From assembly GCA_036796375.1 (NCBI GenBank), contig DAIRDA010000001.1:36-64035 (forward strand): a DNA stretch of 64,000 bases, read 5' to 3'. A program made the translations under genes and the position numbers. Under the pieces are notes generated by a model, which was given only the letters and a program-made list of their open reading frames with translations, did no database searches and was not told the origin of the DNA. The stretch's first letter is position 1. Each line of letters starts with the position of its first letter. This stretch comes from Albibacterium sp. GTDB lineage: Bacteria; Bacteroidota; Bacteroidia; Sphingobacteriales; Sphingobacteriaceae. Shown in pieces: positions 58,781-64,000 of this stretch.

Positions 58781-60184
58781 ATGGAAGACGATTTTGATTT
58801 TGGCTTTACTGAAGACCCAAAATTTTCGGTAGAGAGATATGAGGAGATGATCCGGAATAAGGATCAATACTTTTTTGATTCACAAGCTTTTGAGGGCATC
58901 ATTGATTTTTACATAGAAAGAAACGACCCGATTAAGGCCTTGCAGGTTGTAGACTACGCCGTTAGCCAACACCCCTATGTTGCGGCATTTTTTCTAAAGC
59001 AGGCTCAGCTCCTGACCGTTATATCGAAAACAGAACAAGCCTTTGAAGCGCTTGATAAAGCGCAATCCCTGGAACCTTCGGAGGTGGAGATTTACCTGAT
59101 CCGCGGCGGAATTCTCAGCACCCTGGGAAGGTTCGATGAGGCCATGGCCGAACTCGAAAAAGCGCTCGCACTTTCAGAAAATGAAACCGATGTTTTGATG
59201 CAGATTTCGATGATGCTTCAAAGCAAAGGCGATTTCGAAGGGGCCATCGTGCATCTCAAGCGTTGCCTTGAGGAGAATATGGAAAACCAGGACGCGTTAT
59301 ACGAGCTTGCTTTTTGCTACGACGTGCTGGAAAGACAAGAAGAAAGCATTGGTTTTTATCTGCAATACATCGACAGCGATCCCTACTCCTATGCCGCCTG
59401 GTACAACCTGGGTAACGCTTATCATAAACTGGAGCGGTATGAAGAAGCCATCGATGCATACGACTATGCCATCCTCATAAAAGAGGATTTTGCTTCCGCC
59501 TATTTCAACAAAGGAAACGCGCTGGTTAATATCGATAAGTTCGAAGACGCCATTAAAATCTACAAGGAAACCTTTGAGTTCGAGCCGCCCAGCGCCGATA
59601 CCTACTGTGCCATCGGTGAATGTTATGAGAAGCTTGAACTGATGGAAGAGGCACGGCATTATTACAAAAAAGCCGTGAAGCTTGACCGGAAGTTATCAGA
59701 TGCCTGGTTTGGTATCGGTGTTACACTCGACTCGGACGGTCGCTTCTTTGAATCGCTTCATTATTACAAGAAGGCACTCGATCTGGATGATAACAATCCC
59801 GACTACTGGTTTGCAACCGCCGACGCCCGCTATAAACTGGGGCATTTTCCCGAGGCGATGCAGGCCTACCAACAGGTCGTAAAGTTAAACCCCTTAGACG
59901 TAGAAGCCTGGCTCGATTATTCTTCGATCGTGTACGAGCAGAACTTGTTGGATGAAGCCATGAAGATTATAACGCAGGCAATCGACTATAACCCTGACGC
60001 TGCCGAGCTTCATTATCGCATGGTAGCCTACTTTTTTGCCAGCGGCTCGTATAACGAAGCGTTAAACTACCTCGACCGTGCGTTGAGTCTGGACACAGAA
60101 AAAAGGCATATTTTATTTGAGTATTTACCTCAACTCCAAGACAATAAACTAATCACCGAGATTATTAAGAAGTATATAGGCTAA
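58781..60184 (+). CDS. tetratricopeptide repeat protein
   Basis: 467 aa with repeated 34-residue A/Y/W-rich TPR units throughout. Confidence 0.85.
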   Translation: MEDDFDFGFTEDPKFSVERYEEMIRNKDQYFFDSQAFEGIIDFYIERNDPIKALQVVDYAVSQHPYVAAFFLKQAQLLTVISKTEQAFEALDKAQSLEPSEVEIYLIRGGILSTLGRFDEAMAELEKALALSENETDVLMQISMMLQSKGDFEGAIVHLKRCLEENMENQDALYELAFCYDVLERQEESIGFYLQYIDSDPYSYAAWYNLGNAYHKLERYEEAIDAYDYAILIKEDFASAYFNKGNALVNIDKFEDAIKIYKETFEFEPPSADTYCAIGECYEKLELMEEARHYYKKAVKLDRKLSDAWFGIGVTLDSDGRFFESLHYYKKALDLDDNNPDYWFATADARYKLGHFPEAMQAYQQVVKLNPLDVEAWLDYSSIVYEQNLLDEAMKIITQAIDYNPDAAELHYRMVAYFFASGSYNEALNYLDRALSLDTEKRHILFEYLPQLQDNKLITEIIKKYIG

Positions 60185-60207
60185 ACCAGAAAATTAGGAA
60201 TTAGTGA

Positions 60208-60237
60208 GACGATAGTTGCGACTATTCGTTTTTTTTA
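60208..60237 (+). terminator. rho-independent terminator after the TPR gene
   Basis: Stem GACGATAGT / ACTATTCGT (one bulged T), loop TGCG, then T8. Confidence 0.55.
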
Positions 60238-60253
60238 CAGACATTTGCAATCC

Positions 60254-61015
60254 ATGAATTTTCACCTTAATAATCTACCGGAACGTAGTTCAAAGCCGCG
60301 GCAAAAAGGAATCACAATGGTAATGGATAAGGGATTATCTGTTAGACAAGTTGAAGATTTTCTATCTGTAAATGAACCTCATACTGACATCGTTAAATTA
60401 GGTTGGGCCACCTCATACGTAACCCCCGATCTCGACAAAAAGCTCGACTGTTACCGCAATGCGGCGGTTCCGTTCTATTTTGGAGGCACCCTTTTTGAAG
60501 CTTTTATCATTCGGAACCAGTTTGACGACTACCGCCGTTTGTTGGATAAGTATAAGATGGACTTCGCCGAAGTGTCTGACGGTTCCATCGACATTCCGCA
60601 CGACGAGAAATGCGAATATATACGCAAACTCAGCGAGCAGGTCACCGTCATTTCGGAGGTTGGTTCCAAAGACGAAGACAAAATTATCGCCCCCTATCTC
60701 TGGATCGAGCTCATGAATGCAGAAATTCAGGCTGGTTCCTGGAAAATTATTGCAGAAGCGCGCGAAAGTGGAAGTGTAGGTATATACCGGGAAAGCGGGG
60801 AGGTCAGACAAGGCCTGATCGATGAAATTCTCACACAGATTCCCTCCGAAACCATCATTTTTGAAGCCCCTATCAAAGCGCAGCAAGTCTGGTTTATCAA
60901 GCTTCTGGGCGCCGATGTTAATTTAGGTAATATCGCCCCGGCCGAAGTGATTCCCTTGGAAACGATACGTTTAGGACTTAGAGGAGACACCTTTAGTCAT
61001 TTCATCAATCAATAA
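60254..61015 (+). CDS. comA: (2R)-phospho-3-sulfolactate synthase (ComA family)
   Basis: I prefer the ATG at 60254. It resembles my recollection of methanogen ComA along its full length (VMDKGL, KLGWATS, GGTLFE, EVSDGS, EARESG, IFEAP, VNLGNI, LETIRLGLRGDTF). Confidence 0.88.
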   Translation: MNFHLNNLPERSSKPRQKGITMVMDKGLSVRQVEDFLSVNEPHTDIVKLGWATSYVTPDLDKKLDCYRNAAVPFYFGGTLFEAFIIRNQFDDYRRLLDKYKMDFAEVSDGSIDIPHDEKCEYIRKLSEQVTVISEVGSKDEDKIIAPYLWIELMNAEIQAGSWKIIAEARESGSVGIYRESGEVRQGLIDEILTQIPSETIIFEAPIKAQQVWFIKLLGADVNLGNIAPAEVIPLETIRLGLRGDTFSHFINQ

Positions 61016-61019
61016 ATAA

Positions 61020-61799
61020 ATGAAGAAGTTCGGATTAATTGGATATCCGCTGGAACATTCTTTTTCTAAGCAATACTATACAGAGAAATTTAATCGCCTG
61101 GGGCTGACCGATCATCAATACGAGCTGTTCCCCCTGCCGGTAATCAGTTCCTTTCCTCAGCTACTACACGACGAGCCCGAATTATGCGGGCTTAATGTGA
61201 CCATCCCTCATAAAATTGGTATACTGTATTACCTCAATTGGGTGAGCCCGGAAGCAAAGCAGGCCAATGCGGTTAACTGTATTAAAATAATCAAAAAAGA
61301 TCCTCTGCACGATTTATTTTCAGGGGAATGCAGCCTCGAGCCCATTCAATTGCATGGCTATAATACCGATGTATACGGTTTTGAAACTTCCCTCAAACCC
61401 TTGCTCAGACGAAGCCACCATCGTGCCCTTATCCTGGGTAACGGCGGCGCCGCCCGGGCAGTGCAATATGTGTTGAAATCCCTGAATATTGATTTTACCA
61501 TTGTTTCCCGGAAAGCAAGTCGCTCGCAATTAGGCTACGATGCCCTTAGCCGCGATGTAATGCAAAAACACACCCTTATTATCAACACAACACCGTTAGG
61601 CACCTTTCCCAAGGTCGCAGACTTTCCTGATATCCCTTTTGAATACCTGGGGTCAAAGCATTTGTTATACGACCTCATCTACAATCCAGAAGAAACCGAA
61701 TTCCTTAAACGCGGCAGGATGCAGGGTGCGGTCACCAAAAACGGACTGGAAATGCTCGAACTGCAGGCAGAGAAGAACTGGGAAATCTGGCAGGCATAG
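61020..61799 (+). CDS. aroE: shikimate dehydrogenase
   Basis: 259 aa with GLIGYPLEHSFS, NVTIPHK, GYNTD and GNGGAARAV. Confidence 0.9.
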   Translation: MKKFGLIGYPLEHSFSKQYYTEKFNRLGLTDHQYELFPLPVISSFPQLLHDEPELCGLNVTIPHKIGILYYLNWVSPEAKQANAVNCIKIIKKDPLHDLFSGECSLEPIQLHGYNTDVYGFETSLKPLLRRSHHRALILGNGGAARAVQYVLKSLNIDFTIVSRKASRSQLGYDALSRDVMQKHTLIINTTPLGTFPKVADFPDIPFEYLGSKHLLYDLIYNPEETEFLKRGRMQGAVTKNGLEMLELQAEKNWEIWQA

Positions 61800-61814
61800 T
61801 TCTACATTTAATCG

Positions 61815-61822
61815 TATTTTTG
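61815..61822 (+). promoter_or_regulatory. -7 promoter box TATTTTTG (MBL hydrolase gene)
   Basis: Exact TAnnTTTG, 3 nt upstream of the ATG at 61826. The track's TTG start at 61820 lies inside the box. Confidence 0.45.
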
Positions 61823-61825
61823 TGT

Positions 61826-62467
61826 ATGATTACAATAAAGACGCTGGTTTGCAACCCTTATCAGGAAAACACGTACATCCTCTCAGATGAAAATGGCGCT
61901 TGTGCCATTATAGATCCCGGAATGTACGGAAAAGAAGAGGAAGACACCCTTGTCGACTTTCTACGTGCCAACGGCCTTACACCGACGCTCCTTCTGAATA
62001 CCCACTGCCATGTAGATCATGTGCTGGGCAATCGATTTGTTTTTGAGCAATACGGCTTAGTTCCTCAGTTTAATGAAAGCGAACTTCCATTGCTCATGGA
62101 AGTGCAGAACTATGCCCCTCAAATGGGTTTCCGGTATGAGGTGTCACCCGTTCCCGAAACCTTCCTTTCGCCCGGCGATGTCATTACGCTTGGCCAACAC
62201 CAACTCACATGCTTATTTGCTCCGGGTCATTCCCCCGGCCATCTCTGTTTCTATAGCGAAGCACAGGGCTTCCTTATCGGAGGCGATGTATTATTCAAAG
62301 GAAGTATCGGGCGTACCGACCTGCCCGGGGGCGACCACCAGCAGCTGTTGAACAGCATCCGCGATACCATCTATGCGTTGCCAGGCAACACCATCGTATA
62401 TCCTGGTCATGGTCCTACCACCACCATCGCTGAGGAAAAGGTGAGCAACGCATTTATCAGAGGATAG
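61826..62467 (+). CDS. MBL-fold metallo-hydrolase (glyoxalase II-like)
   Basis: HCHVDH motif and later His/Asp ligands. I prefer the ATG at 61826. Confidence 0.85.
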   Translation: MITIKTLVCNPYQENTYILSDENGACAIIDPGMYGKEEEDTLVDFLRANGLTPTLLLNTHCHVDHVLGNRFVFEQYGLVPQFNESELPLLMEVQNYAPQMGFRYEVSPVPETFLSPGDVITLGQHQLTCLFAPGHSPGHLCFYSEAQGFLIGGDVLFKGSIGRTDLPGGDHQQLLNSIRDTIYALPGNTIVYPGHGPTTTIAEEKVSNAFIRG

Positions 62468-62468
62468 C

Positions 62469-63680
62469 ATGAATACCCCTCTTTTCATTGCAAGGCGCTA
62501 CCTTTTCTCGAAAAAGTCGGTCAACGCCATCAATATTATTTCGGGTATCAGTATGCTGGGCGTGTTCGTCGGAAGCGCCGCGTTGATAATCATCCTGTCC
62601 ATTTTCAATGGCTTTGAGTTGCTTATTGTCAATATGTACAGCGCCTTTACCCCTGAGCTGCGCATAGAACCGACCCGCGGAAAGTCGTTTATCCTGAATG
62701 ACTCGCTGGAGGCGGAACTTCGTTCCGACCCTCGTGTGCTCCATTATTCCGATGTCCTTCAGGAGAAAGTCTTGCTGCGCTATGGCAGCAATCAATACAT
62801 CGCCACCCTCAAAGGCCAGTCGGAAATGAACGACTTCAGTCTGGCAGACAGTGTTATTCAGTTCGGCCAGTACCGGCTCACCGATGGCTTTTTCAACTAT
62901 GCTGTGGTGGGCGCAGCGGTCCACGCCTACCTGGGAATCGACATCACCGAAAAAAACAGGTTGGTATCGGTCTATTCACCGCGGAAAAATGCGGGGGCCT
63001 CTTTGAACCCTTCCGAGGAATTCAATGTTCGCGGAATTCTTCCCACCGGCGTACTGAAAGCTCAGCCGCAGTTCGATAACCTGATCATCGTACCGCTGAA
63101 TTTTGCACGCGATGTGCTGGGCGAGGAAGAGCGGATTTCCGCCATTGAAATACATTTGAATAAAGATGTCGACGAAACCGCTTTTCAGCAAGAGCTTCAG
63201 GAACGACTGTCGACCGATTTCCGGGTAAATAATATTGCGCAACAAAACCCAACCTTGTATAAAATCCTCAATTCAGAGAAATGGGCCATATTCTTCATCC
63301 TTACCTTCATTCTGGTGATTGCCATCTTCAATATTATCGGTTCGCTGACGATGCTGGTAATCGACAAGAAAAAAGATATTGCAGTTCTTAAGAGCTTAGG
63401 AGCGAGCGACTCCTTTATCAAAAATATATTTTTCAGCGAGGGTATGTTTATTTCGCTGCTAGGTTGTGTTCTGGGCCTCGCCGTCGGCCTCCTCTTTTGT
63501 CTTCTGCAGGAGAAATATGGCTTAATTGCAATGGAGGGTACCGACCTGGTCAACTTTTTTCCCGTAGCAATTAAGGGGTCCGACTTCCTGCTGGTTTTCT
63601 GTACCGTTTCCTTGATCTCGGCTGTTGCTTCCTTTGTGTCTTCGCGTTTAAGCGTCAAGGGAGAGGAGCAGCTATCTTAG
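62469..63680 (+). CDS. FtsX-like ABC transporter permease (LolC/LolE-like)
   Basis: 403 aa with an N-terminal transmembrane segment, a large periplasmic domain and a C-terminal FtsX 3-TM domain. Confidence 0.85.
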   Translation: MNTPLFIARRYLFSKKSVNAINIISGISMLGVFVGSAALIIILSIFNGFELLIVNMYSAFTPELRIEPTRGKSFILNDSLEAELRSDPRVLHYSDVLQEKVLLRYGSNQYIATLKGQSEMNDFSLADSVIQFGQYRLTDGFFNYAVVGAAVHAYLGIDITEKNRLVSVYSPRKNAGASLNPSEEFNVRGILPTGVLKAQPQFDNLIIVPLNFARDVLGEEERISAIEIHLNKDVDETAFQQELQERLSTDFRVNNIAQQNPTLYKILNSEKWAIFFILTFILVIAIFNIIGSLTMLVIDKKKDIAVLKSLGASDSFIKNIFFSEGMFISLLGCVLGLAVGLLFCLLQEKYGLIAMEGTDLVNFFPVAIKGSDFLLVFCTVSLISAVASFVSSRLSVKGEEQLS

Positions 63681-63696
63681 AAGAAAAGCCCTTATC

Positions 63697-64000
63697 CTAT
63701 TCGTTGAAGAATAGCGGGACATTCACGTCCGGTATGACATTCAATGCCCTGGCCTTATCGAATAAGGTCCTCACGGCGCTCTTACCCTTTCCCTCCAGGC
63801 TTAGCGAAAAGTCGTTTACATAGAGGTCAATATGCTTATACATCACCTCTTCTTCCATGGCCTGCGCGTGCTCCCTGATAAAACCGATTGCCGAGGCCGG
63901 GTTCTCAAACGCAAACTCAATACTTTTTCTGATCAGCCGATTTACCTTGGCCTGTATAGCCGGGTCTATGCGACGGTTAATTACAATTCCTCCCAGGGGT
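63697..64000 (-). CDS. MqnA/MqnD family protein (futalosine-pathway menaquinone biosynthesis), C-terminal fragment. The start lies outside the window.
   Basis: Minus-strand hand translation gives ...REHAQAMEEEVMYKHIDLYVNDFSLSLEGKGKSAVRTLFDKARALNVIPDVNVPLFFNE*. The HAQ-M-EEVM--HI-LYVN-FS pattern is typical of MqnA/MqnD. It is not in the ORF track because no start codon lies in the window. Confidence 0.6.
   Translation of the reverse strand, partial: PLGGIVINRRIDPAIQAKVNRLIRKSIEFAFENPASAIGFIREHAQAMEEEVMYKHIDLYVNDFSLSLEGKGKSAVRTLFDKARALNVIPDVNVPLFFNE

Noticed and set aside
1-64000. Search for a CRISPR array, tRNA or rRNA genes, IS or transposase, integrase, phage, toxin-antitoxin or defence-island signatures
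   Set aside because: No gap larger than 100 bp contains cloverleaf-like or repeat-spacer structure. Every ORF of 200 aa or more that is not a shadow ORF has a housekeeping or conserved-family assignment, except the 332-aa protein (31464-32462), the hypothetical lipoprotein (9772-10308) and most of the Ig-like lipoprotein (39909-41720). By eye I saw no clear compositional break other than the AT-rich nadA/nadB spacer. I therefore do not claim an accessory island or novel defence system in this window.

Overview
This window is a dense, largely housekeeping chromosomal segment with about 60 protein genes and about 90% coding sequence. It most likely comes from a Bacteroidota genome. The evidence for that is a fused LpxC-FabZ, a PorX-type receiver-PglZ regulator, an extended S16, a fused OtsA-OtsB, no Shine-Dalgarno sequences, and exact TAnnTTTG '-7' promoter boxes in front of many genes.

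Recognisable content, in order along the window:
- Amino-acid and central metabolism: proC (3' fragment), argE-like, argH, a CoA-transferase, hisS and fumC.
- Lipid A cluster: efp, an orphan ABC ATPase, lpxA, lpxC/fabZ, lpxD and an HD hydrolase.
- porX, tsaE, an Ald-family dehydrogenase, pfkA, a DsbD-family reductase, birA, rsfS and ftsH.
- A LUD-domain protein, a radical SAM protein, a rhomboid protease, ybeY, rmuC and thiL.
- Divergent nadA and nadB, then mnmG and an ABC-F ATPase.
- A GH15 hydrolase convergent with otsAB.
- The rpsP-rimM-trmD-rplS ribosomal cluster.
- A THUMP methyltransferase, a DUF3127 protein, an RprX/RprY-like two-component pair and an ALDH7-like dehydrogenase.
- A TPR protein, a ComA-like phosphosulfolactate synthase, aroE, an MBL hydrolase, a LolE/FtsX permease and a MqnA/MqnD fragment.

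I found no rRNA, tRNA, CRISPR array, transposase, integrase, phage gene or recognisable defence gene. I therefore cannot support a claim of a novel multi-gene system here.

The best leads are small-scale:
- an unannotated 53-codon ORF for a two-helix membrane peptide, with its own promoter box;
- an OB-fold DUF3127 protein that ends in an SSB-type acidic tip (DDDDLPF);
- a 332-aa protein with no recognisable domain;
- a 473-bp AT-rich nadA/nadB control region;
- three short tandem-repeat arrays in intergenic DNA;
- a long uORF-containing leader in front of the ABC-F gene;
- a recurrent near-leaderless promoter geometry.

All coordinates of short motifs were counted by hand and may be off by 1-2 nt.
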